The notes beneath the pieces are model-generated. The model did not search any database. It was not told the origin of the DNA and saw nothing but the letters and a program-made list of their open reading frames with translations. DNA of 64,000 nt from Gammaproteobacteria bacterium (GTDB taxonomy: Bacteria; Pseudomonadota; Gammaproteobacteria; UBA4575): contig CBDCTA010000029.1 in NCBI GenBank assembly GCA_965221955.1, forward strand, positions 160,001 to 224,000, given 5' to 3'. Position numbers and translations under genes: made by a program. Below are positions 1 through 8,056 of this stretch, one piece after another. Position 1 is the stretch's first letter. Each line of letters starts with the position of its first letter.

Positions 1-2
1 TT

Positions 3-269
3 GCTGCAGAAGACATCCATGAACTATTACGTGCATGGGAATTGAAGCATCGTACGCTCGCTTCCGAAGCAGTATTGCAGCACACTCTTTTCCGTAAAGA
101 GACACGTTGGCCGGGTTACTACTACCGTGGTGACTTTATGAAAGTGGATGATCAAAACTGGCATGTTTTGACTGTTTCTCGCCGTGATCCTGAAACTGGT
201 GAGTACACCATGGAGAAGGCGCCTTGCTATCACTTAGTTGGTGATGAAGAGAAGCAAGCTGCTGCATAA
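3..269 (+). CDS. aprA: Adenylylsulfate (APS) reductase alpha subunit, 3' end (gene runs in from the left edge)
   Basis: Frame is open from base 3: AAEDIHELLRAWELKHR...FRKETRWPGYYYRGDF...MEKAPCYHL, which matches the AprA C-terminus. Confidence 0.93.
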   Translation, partial: AAEDIHELLRAWELKHRTLASEAVLQHTLFRKETRWPGYYYRGDFMKVDDQNWHVLTVSRRDPETGEYTMEKAPCYHLVGDEEKQAAA

Positions 270-320
270 AGCATGGAATCAAGAGACCACTTCTTATAGA
301 GGTCTTAAATCTTGATTGAA

Positions 321-352
321 GAAAAAAGATCAACATGTGTTGGTCTTTTTTC
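321..352 (+). terminator. Intrinsic terminator after aprA
   Basis: gaaaaaagatcaac-atgt-gttggtcttttttc stem-loop with T tract. Confidence 0.65.
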
Positions 353-402
353 ATTTTTAAGACTAGAAAAATTTTATCGCAATACATGTTATAGAGATTT
401 AC

Positions 403-753
403 ATGAACATTATTGAAAAAACAGACGACGAACTCTTAGAAATTGCAAATCCGATGTGGGATGACCTCATCAAGTATTCTAACGAAGGTGAATATGGAAA
501 ATTTGTTCGAAAATTTTCTTACGACTTATTGTTTGGCCTGAATGAAGTTGAGGTAGGTAAACAGTTTGCACGCAGTGAGCTTACAAGAAACTTAAACACT
601 GATTATGATTTTCTTGGTTTTATTCGTCGAGGTGAACATGTAACCGTTTTATATCGTGTAACCAGCACTAAAAAAGAAGGCGAGTGGCTAGGGCGCATGG
701 TATTGGGTTATGAGAAAGATGAAGTACGAATTTTTGGCGCATCTATTTTCTAG
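403..753 (+). CDS. Hypothetical protein
   Basis: 116-aa ORF, co-oriented with aprA, protein-like composition. Confidence 0.75.
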   Translation: MNIIEKTDDELLEIANPMWDDLIKYSNEGEYGKFVRKFSYDLLFGLNEVEVGKQFARSELTRNLNTDYDFLGFIRRGEHVTVLYRVTSTKKEGEWLGRMVLGYEKDEVRIFGASIF

Positions 754-774
754 CAGGTATTTCACTAATCAGAT

Positions 775-1314
775 ATGAATGAAATGACTAAAGAACTTAT
801 CGCAGAGGGGAAGTATGTTGAATTAACATACAAGGTCATTGACTTAAAAACCGATGCTGTACTGACGACCGTCGAGTTTCCAATTGGTTATATTCATGGT
901 GTAACGGAAGCACTTGCACCACAAGTGACTGCAGAACTAGAAGGTAAAGAGGTCGGGGATGAGATCAATGTGCCGATCGATTGCAATAAGTTATACGGCC
1001 CCAGGGATGAATCTTTAGTATTCATTGACGACATTAATAATGTACCTGAAGAGTATCGTGAAGTTGGTATGTCGATCCTGATGGAAAATGAAAAAGGTGA
1101 GGCAAAAAGTTTTCTTGTTACAAGGGTCGATGAAAAGTCAGTGACTATTGATGGTAATAATCCACTTTGTGGTCGAGAGGTTATTTTCAAACTCGAGATT
1201 CTCACTGTGCGTGATGCAACAGAAGAAGAAGTGGAAGCAGGCGGTCCACTTGATGCCGACCCTGATATTAGTGAGATTGTAGGTACAGACCAAAAAGTAC
1301 AACCCATCAACTAG
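775..1314 (+). CDS. FKBP-type peptidyl-prolyl isomerase (SlyD-like, no His-rich tail)
   Basis: VELTYKV...YIHG...LYGPRDESLV...VTIDGNNPLCGREVIFKLEILTVRDATEEE matches the SlyD pattern. Confidence 0.88.
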   Translation: MNEMTKELIAEGKYVELTYKVIDLKTDAVLTTVEFPIGYIHGVTEALAPQVTAELEGKEVGDEINVPIDCNKLYGPRDESLVFIDDINNVPEEYREVGMSILMENEKGEAKSFLVTRVDEKSVTIDGNNPLCGREVIFKLEILTVRDATEEEVEAGGPLDADPDISEIVGTDQKVQPIN

Positions 1315-1334
1315 TTTCTCAACGGAGAAACGCA

Positions 1335-2444
1335 TTGCCTCAAAACCTATACGCCGAAACCCTACTAACTCCAGGTCTTGGGGTGCCCATGGTGTGGCGC
1401 TATCAAAATGAAGCACGATACCTAATTGAATTACTAGATAGTGATTCCCCTGTTCGTGGCGCACTTTCTCAAGCAATTGATCGCTATGGCGATACTTTTT
1501 TTGAATTATCAGCAAATAAAGAAACACTTATTGAGTGGGCCAATTCACAAAATACTTTAGTCGATACCGCAGATGTTAGAGAGTTAAGACTAGGTGGTGC
1601 ACATGTTTTTCAACAAGCCATCGAACTTTTTCAAGGTTTGCAAATGGTGGTTGAAAAAGAAGATGATTCTGTTAAATGGTCTGCAATACATCACAACATT
1701 GGTGATGTGATGGGGTTTATTGGACAACGTAGTGGCAGTACACATTTTCTTGAGCAAGCTGCCATGTCTTATGAGCAAGCCTTAGAGGCACGCACCTTTG
1801 AAGAAACACCGTACGAATGGGGGCTAACACAATATAATTTGGGTGTAGTGTTACAAACACTTGGTCAACTCGAAGACGATCTAAACTTATTAAAGCAGGC
1901 AGGTGAAATTTATAAACAAGCTTCGACTGCACTGAAAAGAGAAGAACATCCGCAGGATTGGGCGACTGCTTTGTTAAGTGTCGGAAATGTGCTTTGTTTG
2001 TTGGGCGTGCATCGTCGCGGACCGCGCACTTTAGAGCAGGCTGTTGTAGTCATGCGTAATGCTATGGCGGAACGCACACCTGAAAAATCGGCTTATGGAT
2101 GGGCGATTACGCAAAACAATCTAGCCGTTGCATTGCAATCATTAGGCACGCATGAAGAAGATATTCAATCTCTTGAGGAGTCTCTTCCTATCTATGATGC
2201 AATCTTAAAGGCATTACCGAAAGAAGAAGTGCCAATGATGTGGGCGATGGTTGCAGCTAATCGCGCTTCGGCTATGTATGCTTTGGCCAGCGAGTCAGAT
2301 TATTTAGATATGGCTGAGATGGCTGCATCGGAATTTAATGCCATAGCTGAATTATTTGCAGGGGCAGAGTTGATGCACTATCAACAATTGGCTGAAGTAC
2401 GTAAAGATCGATCTGAAGAATTAGTGAAATTACTTCAGGTGTAG
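1335..2444 (+). CDS. Tetratricopeptide-repeat protein
   Basis: Repeated W..TQ.NLG/A..L..LG helical units; ggag RBS before the TTG start. Confidence 0.85.
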   Translation: MPQNLYAETLLTPGLGVPMVWRYQNEARYLIELLDSDSPVRGALSQAIDRYGDTFFELSANKETLIEWANSQNTLVDTADVRELRLGGAHVFQQAIELFQGLQMVVEKEDDSVKWSAIHHNIGDVMGFIGQRSGSTHFLEQAAMSYEQALEARTFEETPYEWGLTQYNLGVVLQTLGQLEDDLNLLKQAGEIYKQASTALKREEHPQDWATALLSVGNVLCLLGVHRRGPRTLEQAVVVMRNAMAERTPEKSAYGWAITQNNLAVALQSLGTHEEDIQSLEESLPIYDAILKALPKEEVPMMWAMVAANRASAMYALASESDYLDMAEMAASEFNAIAELFAGAELMHYQQLAEVRKDRSEELVKLLQV

Positions 2445-2470
2445 TATGGGTATTAAACCGTCATTATTAC

Positions 2471-2615
2471 TAGAACCTATCTAAAAATTGTAGATTTTAT
2501 GTTTAGGTTAGGTCCGAGCTTTTCGAAAAGCACAGTGTACTCATTTGTACATAAGCATTTGAGAAAAGCGAGAACGACACATAAACTAAAAAGATTCATT
2601 TTAAGATACGCTCTA
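2471..2615. repeat. 145-bp palindromic MITE-like element (RPE/ERIC-like architecture)
   Basis: Imperfect terminal inverted repeats tagaacctatctaaaaat / attttaagatacgctcta, TA at both ends, central gtgtac-tcattt-gtacat. Confidence 0.65.
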
Positions 2616-2616
2616 C

Positions 2617-3486
2617 ATGATTAAGACCTATTCCCAACGTTTGTTAACGCCTTATTACGGTTTAGTACAAATTGCTGAATCTGAACGAGCACGTGCATTA
2701 ACTGTAGATGGGCAAACTTGGGAAATTCAATTTCTTCGTTCTGGAAACGGCAATCAAAGTAGAAATAATATATTTAGACGTGCGGTAAGTATTTCAGATA
2801 GTGAAATTAAGCAAAAAAAACTAGATGCATTATTAGAAAATCAAACAGTAGATGAACGAATTTTAGAATTAACTGATTTTCTTGCGAATGTCACGTTACC
2901 TTTTCCAGCGGTCGATCATTTTGAATACTGGCTGTTAGATAGTTCTGACCAATCACCTTTGGCACTAATTTTTTCCTGCAAAGAATCAGAACAAATGGAA
3001 GCATATCCATCACGTCCTGAGTGGACGGCATTACCTGCTGCAGTGATGCCAATAGAAGTGACTGAAGACGAAAAGTCTTATGCTGCTGCACCTGTTAATT
3101 ATCGCTTAGAACGTTTAGTTGCTGAGCGAGCTGGTTTTAACCCAAAGGCAAAATGGTTTACCAGATTGAATGAAGAACAATCTTTTCCATCATTCATGTT
3201 GAGAGAAGACTGGAAAGAAGAAGAAAGTACTGACTTGTGCCAACGCTATCTGAAACGCCAGTCTCCACGATTACTAATGTTGAACGGCCTGAGTCAGGAA
3301 CTGCGTAGACAGTTGGAAATCAACGCACGTCCTTTTGCGCTTGAGGTTGCGCGTTTTTATTCATTGTATCCAGAAGTGGTTGATCAAACGCTGATGAATT
3401 CTATACTTGTTGAAGCAAGATTACGCAGTGCAACCGAAGATCAGCCTGCGTTGCATGAGCGGAGAGATGGGATTCACTACCTCTAG
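2617..3486 (+). CDS. Hypothetical protein
   Basis: 289-aa ORF; no family recognised. Confidence 0.8.
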   Translation: MIKTYSQRLLTPYYGLVQIAESERARALTVDGQTWEIQFLRSGNGNQSRNNIFRRAVSISDSEIKQKKLDALLENQTVDERILELTDFLANVTLPFPAVDHFEYWLLDSSDQSPLALIFSCKESEQMEAYPSRPEWTALPAAVMPIEVTEDEKSYAAAPVNYRLERLVAERAGFNPKAKWFTRLNEEQSFPSFMLREDWKEEESTDLCQRYLKRQSPRLLMLNGLSQELRRQLEINARPFALEVARFYSLYPEVVDQTLMNSILVEARLRSATEDQPALHERRDGIHYL

Positions 3487-3553
3487 CATTAATCTAAAAC
3501 TTGATTCATAAGAACACGGTATTATTTGCAAACTTAATTATAGGAAATTCTGT

Positions 3554-3880
3554 ATGCCAAAATATATTTTTACTTATATTGGTGGGAATCACCCCGACAA
3601 TCCTGAAGAGGGTAAAAAACATTTTGAAAAATATCAGGCTTGGTTATCTGATTTAGGAGATTCAGTAGTTAGTCCTGCTATCCCTTTTAAAGATACCCAT
3701 ACTTTGCATCCTGATGGCAGAATAGATCAAGGTACGACTACATTAATTTCAGGTATGAGTATTTTAAATTTTGAATCGATGCAGAGCGCACTTAAGGCTG
3801 CAAAAAACTGTCCGTTTCTGGAAATTAACGGCACACTCGAAGTTTCTGAAATGATAGAAATGCCTAAAACGGTTAATTAG
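3554..3880 (+). CDS. YCII/DGPF-like domain protein
   Basis: MPKYIFTY.GG...AW...L...ISGMSIL...A..AAKNCP...G.LEV pattern. Confidence 0.7.
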   Translation: MPKYIFTYIGGNHPDNPEEGKKHFEKYQAWLSDLGDSVVSPAIPFKDTHTLHPDGRIDQGTTTLISGMSILNFESMQSALKAAKNCPFLEINGTLEVSEMIEMPKTVN

Positions 3881-3897
3881 GCTCACAAAAATTCACG

Positions 3898-4212
3898 ATG
3901 ACACACAAGTTAATACAAAAACATATTTTGTATGGAAAGCGAGAATTCGAGTTACGTGATGATTTTGTAAAAGTTAAAGTCAATAGCTTGCTAGACGAAA
4001 ATAAAGATTTTGAAGTTGAATTAGCAATGATTAATCCCGAGCCTATCATCAGTAAATCACGACTGGAGTTTCACAGTCGTGTGAAATGTAGACCTCTAAT
4101 TTCCTTGTATTTAAATAAACCCAATAAAAAAGACTTTAATGAGTTTGTTGATGCAATTAAATCTAAAGCTAAACAAGAGTTTGATTCTTTTGCTGGAATA
4201 AAAACCAGTTAG
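3898..4212 (+). CDS. Hypothetical protein, paralog of the N-terminal domain of the next gene
   Basis: Shares KL.QKH...G..EFE..DD, LA..NPEP.I..S.LEF.SRV and F.DF/EFV..K.KA.QE with 4250..4894. Confidence 0.8.
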   Translation: MTHKLIQKHILYGKREFELRDDFVKVKVNSLLDENKDFEVELAMINPEPIISKSRLEFHSRVKCRPLISLYLNKPNKKDFNEFVDAIKSKAKQEFDSFAGIKTS

Positions 4213-4249
4213 CGTCCTTATAAATGCCATGCTTAATATTTAAAGTGAT

Positions 4250-4894
4250 ATGAGTATTAAACTCACACAAAAACATTTTTTAAAAGGTACAACCGAATTT
4301 GAGATCGTTGATGATCATGTAGAAGTCCGTGCTAAATCCAAATTTAAACAGCAAAAAGGCGAAGTACTTAGTGTTACTTTGGCAGTGCTTAATCCTGAGC
4401 CGGTGATCACTCGATCACACCTTGAGTTCGTAAGTCGTGTAAATGGGGAACCCTTATTGTCCCTAGCTTTGTCCCAACCTAATGTGGGTGAATTTAACGA
4501 CTTTGTGAGTACACTGAAACAAAAAGCACAGCAAGAATACAATGCCATTTCTGGGATGAAGGTGGCTTCTAGCGCTGCCACATTGAATGGCAATGTATAT
4601 GAAGAACCGCCCGAGTTTGATGAAGTTTCCCCAGCAAAAATTAGTAACGACAAGAAAGTGAGTGTTGAAGGGGTCGAGAATGCGATCAATATGTTAAAGA
4701 CCTATGTAAATAACGAAGAAATCCAACCTTTGATAACGGCTTTGGAGACACTCAAACAGGCACCGCAAGATCATTCTAAACTCGTTGAGTTGGCTACAGT
4801 TTTTAATGAGCTTGAATCAAGCCAAGGTGCGGTTTTAACCTATGCGCCTTATATCACTATCATGCTCTCAGATGATCCGTTTGGGTCAGGCTGA
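4250..4894 (+). CDS. Hypothetical protein
   Basis: 214-aa ORF with the shared N-domain and an extra helical C-domain. Confidence 0.8.
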   Translation: MSIKLTQKHFLKGTTEFEIVDDHVEVRAKSKFKQQKGEVLSVTLAVLNPEPVITRSHLEFVSRVNGEPLLSLALSQPNVGEFNDFVSTLKQKAQQEYNAISGMKVASSAATLNGNVYEEPPEFDEVSPAKISNDKKVSVEGVENAINMLKTYVNNEEIQPLITALETLKQAPQDHSKLVELATVFNELESSQGAVLTYAPYITIMLSDDPFGSG

Positions 4895-5061
4895 ATCAAG
4901 ATACACGGAGTACCTCTAGATTCTTCTCTGATAACCCTTTGAGAAAAGGTTATCTATAGATATATTTTTAATATAGATAAAGAGAAATAGTCATGTTGAC
5001 AGGTTAGTTTGTTAAAATTTAGCGATAGAACAATATTTACTTTATAAACGAAAGGTGACTT

Positions 5062-5223
5062 ATGAGTGAAGGAAGCAATACAAGACCCCAGGTTCCTGAG
5101 GGTGAGACTGAATATTACAAAACGCGTCAAATGCAGCCAAATGACAAGGGCTTTATTGGCTATGAAACTGAATGGGTATCCTTTCAAAAAGAAGCAGAAT
5201 ACACAACGCCGAAACGACCATAA
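5062..5223 (+). CDS. Small 53-aa protein, not in the ORF track: MSEGSNTRPQVPEGETEYYKTRQMQPNDKGFIGYETEWVSFQKEAEYTTPKRP
   Basis: Hand translation; RBS aaaggtga at 5051-5058; terminator directly downstream. Confidence 0.75.
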   Translation: MSEGSNTRPQVPEGETEYYKTRQMQPNDKGFIGYETEWVSFQKEAEYTTPKRP

Positions 5224-5254
5224 TTTTTGTGTCTAAACTGAATTTTACCAATAT

Positions 5255-5289
5255 GAAAAAGGCCCTTATCAAAGGGCCTTTTAGTTTTT
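5255..5289 (+). terminator. Intrinsic terminator after the 53-aa ORF
   Basis: aaaaggccctt-atca-aagggcctttt followed by T-rich sequence. Confidence 0.8.
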
Positions 5290-5462
5290 GTGTGTTTCGT
5301 CCCTGATCCACATATTTGATTCGCACATCTATGTTCTCTCCCTTTTTTGAGGGTCTTTTTTGTTTTTTACGATTCATTTTTTAACAAAACTAACCTATTG
5401 AGATGGCTTGGTCTGATACAGATTTAACGTTATAGTCAATCTAAAATATGTAACGTAATACC

Positions 5463-7310
5463 TTGAAGATTATGCAACAGGCATTGGCAAAAGAAGATGA
5501 TCATCCATTAGCGGGTACGAAGATGACCGGCTCGGACATTATTGTGCAAGTACTTGCGCAAGAAGGTACTGATGTCATTTTTGGTTATAGTGGTGGAGCC
5601 ATTCTACCCACCTATGATGCAGTGTTTCGTTTTAACGCTGAAACCAATGAATCCATGCCATTGATTGTTCCAGCGAATGAACAAGGTGCGGGGTTCATGG
5701 CGTCGGGTTATGCGCGTGCCAGTGGCAAAGTAGGTGTGGTAATGGTGACTTCTGGGCCAGGGGCAACTAATACCGTAACACCTGTGCGTGATTGCATGGC
5801 GGATTCTATTCCAATCGTTGTGATCTGTGGCCAAGTTCCTACACCTGCAATTGGCAGTGATGGTTTCCAAGAAGCGCCCATTGCCAACATCATGGGTGCG
5901 GTAGCAAAGCATATATTCTTAATTACAGATCCTGAGAAACTTGAAGCGACTATACGTACGGCTTTTGAAATTGCACGCACGGGTCGACCTGGACCCGTCG
6001 TCATTGATATACCTAAAGATGTGCAAAATTGGGAAGGTGCTTTTCAAGGCAAAGGGCAGCTTCCTATACGTGGTTATCGTGAGCGTATTGAAGAAGTCGC
6101 TGAAAATGTACTTTCTGATGAAGACTGTAAATCCTTTTATGCAGCCTTTGAAAAATCTAAACGTCCATTAATTTATGCTGGTGGCGGAGTAATCAACGGC
6201 AACGCTTCGCAAGAACTACGTGCGTTAGCGGATAAATTTGAAATTCCTGTAGTCACCACCTTGATGGGGATTGGCGCATACGATACCACCAAAGAGCGTT
6301 CTCTACATATGTTAGGTATGCACGGTACTGCATTTGCAAACTATGCGGTCGATGATTGTGACTTCTTAATTGCAGTGGGTGCACGTTTTGATGATCGTGT
6401 TGCTGCGGTACCCGATAAATTTGCACCAAAGGCAAAGTTTATTGCGCACTTTGATGTTGATCCTTCTGAGATCCATAAAGTAAAAGTAGTTGATTGGCAC
6501 CACATAGGATTATTGCCGCAGGCAATGAATAAATTATTGGATTATGGTGTGAAAAAAAATCACTCTTCATATGATTATTCTAGTTGGCATCAGCACATTG
6601 CTGAACTTAAAAGTACTTATGCAATGAACTACGATAAACAAAGTACATATATTCAGCCTTATGCTGTAATTGAGGAATTAAACAAACATGCAAAGGGTAA
6701 AGCGGTCATCAGTACTGGTGTAGGGCAACATCAAATGTGGGCCGCGCAGTATTTTGATTTTAAGTCGCCTCGACTTTGGTTAACTTCAGGAAGTATGGGG
6801 ACTATGGGTTTTGGATTGCCTGCTGCGATTGGCGCTCAATTTGCAAAGCCTGATTTGGTAGTGATTGACATCGATGGTGATGCCAGCATGCGTATGAATT
6901 TGGGTGAGTTGGAAACGGTAACTACTTATAAATTGCCAATTAAAGTTGTGGTATTAAATAACTTAGGCGATGGAATGGTTAAGCAATGGCAAAAATTGTT
7001 TTTCAAAGGCCGACTATCTGCGAGTGACAAATCATTACACAGAAAAGACTTTGTAAAAGCTGCCGAAGCGGATGGTTATGAATACGCTGTACGACTCGAA
7101 GATAAAACGCAATTAGCAAAAATCATTAAAGAGTTTATAGAATTTGATGGTCCTGCATTTATTGAGGTCATGATTGATCCTGATGCAGGTGTATATCCAA
7201 TGGTAGGTCCAGGTATGTGTTATGAGCAAATGATTACTGGAGATCATATCCCCACGCGTAATGCCGAAGTAGATGCTAAAACAGAAGTAGATTCCTCAGA
7301 AATGTTTTAG
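5463..7310 (+). CDS. ilvB: Acetolactate synthase large subunit (start probably ATG 5472)
   Basis: EQGAGFMA.GYAR, TSGPGATN, GVGQHQMW, GTMGFGLPAAIGA and the TPP motif GDAS...NN. Confidence 0.93.
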   Translation: MKIMQQALAKEDDHPLAGTKMTGSDIIVQVLAQEGTDVIFGYSGGAILPTYDAVFRFNAETNESMPLIVPANEQGAGFMASGYARASGKVGVVMVTSGPGATNTVTPVRDCMADSIPIVVICGQVPTPAIGSDGFQEAPIANIMGAVAKHIFLITDPEKLEATIRTAFEIARTGRPGPVVIDIPKDVQNWEGAFQGKGQLPIRGYRERIEEVAENVLSDEDCKSFYAAFEKSKRPLIYAGGGVINGNASQELRALADKFEIPVVTTLMGIGAYDTTKERSLHMLGMHGTAFANYAVDDCDFLIAVGARFDDRVAAVPDKFAPKAKFIAHFDVDPSEIHKVKVVDWHHIGLLPQAMNKLLDYGVKKNHSSYDYSSWHQHIAELKSTYAMNYDKQSTYIQPYAVIEELNKHAKGKAVISTGVGQHQMWAAQYFDFKSPRLWLTSGSMGTMGFGLPAAIGAQFAKPDLVVIDIDGDASMRMNLGELETVTTYKLPIKVVVLNNLGDGMVKQWQKLFFKGRLSASDKSLHRKDFVKAAEADGYEYAVRLEDKTQLAKIIKEFIEFDGPAFIEVMIDPDAGVYPMVGPGMCYEQMITGDHIPTRNAEVDAKTEVDSSEMF

Positions 7311-7329
7311 CTCGCTTAATTAGAAAGCC

Positions 7330-7836
7330 TTAGTGCTTTTTCTGAAAAGCAATTTTATCCAATATTGCTAGTAACAAGGCAGATACTACAAACGCCATGT
7401 GAATAATGGTGTACCACATTAGTTTAGTGTTATCGATGCTCTGTGCTTCCATAAAAATGCGTAGCAGATGAATAGAGGATATCGCAACAATGGAGGCTGC
7501 GACTTTTAATTTAAGTGTATTTGCATCAAGTTTTCCTAACCAGTCAAGTTTGTCAGTATCTTCGTCAAGGTCAATTTTAGATACAAAGCTTTCATAGCTA
7601 CTGAACATTACCATTACAATTAAGCTAGCCACAAGTGACATATCTATCAGTGCAAGAATATGTAGTACTAGATCAGATTCTTTCATGGTGACAATATGCC
7701 CAAATATATTTATGACTTCTTGAAAGAACTTAATCCCGAGAGCAAAAACTGCTAGCGATAAACCTACATAAATAGGTGCAAGTAACCAACGACTCGCATA
7801 CAGAGTTTTTTCTAGCAATAATTCTAGTGATTTCAT
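7330..7836 (-). CDS. YqhA/UPF0114 (TIGR00645) membrane protein
   Basis: [38 protein letters not shown]. Confidence 0.9.
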   Translation of the reverse strand: MKSLELLLEKTLYASRWLLAPIYVGLSLAVFALGIKFFQEVINIFGHIVTMKESDLVLHILALIDMSLVASLIVMVMFSSYESFVSKIDLDEDTDKLDWLGKLDANTLKLKVAASIVAISSIHLLRIFMEAQSIDNTKLMWYTIIHMAFVVSALLLAILDKIAFQKKH

Positions 7837-8056
7837 TTGCCGAATAACCTTGATGATTGGGTGATGTTAATGAATTGGGAAAATATAAACTGGTTTATGA
7901 CTTAAAGACAAGCTAAGTTTTATTATTGATTGTGCTGCATGCGTTATGCTTATTAGCGTAATAATGCAAATGACTAGAAAGTAAGTGATTACTAAGTTTA
8001 ATAATTTATTCAAGGGGCGCTGTTTGATTATTAAGGCGATGAAACACTTATTATAA

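Noticed and set aside
4954-5377. Minus-strand ORFs of 77 and 74 aa
   Set aside because: Antisense to the 53-aa gene and its terminator, with no protein-like features
5290-5462. ilv leader-peptide attenuator
   Set aside because: No Ile/Leu/Val-rich short ORF found; the nearby terminator is better explained by the 53-aa gene
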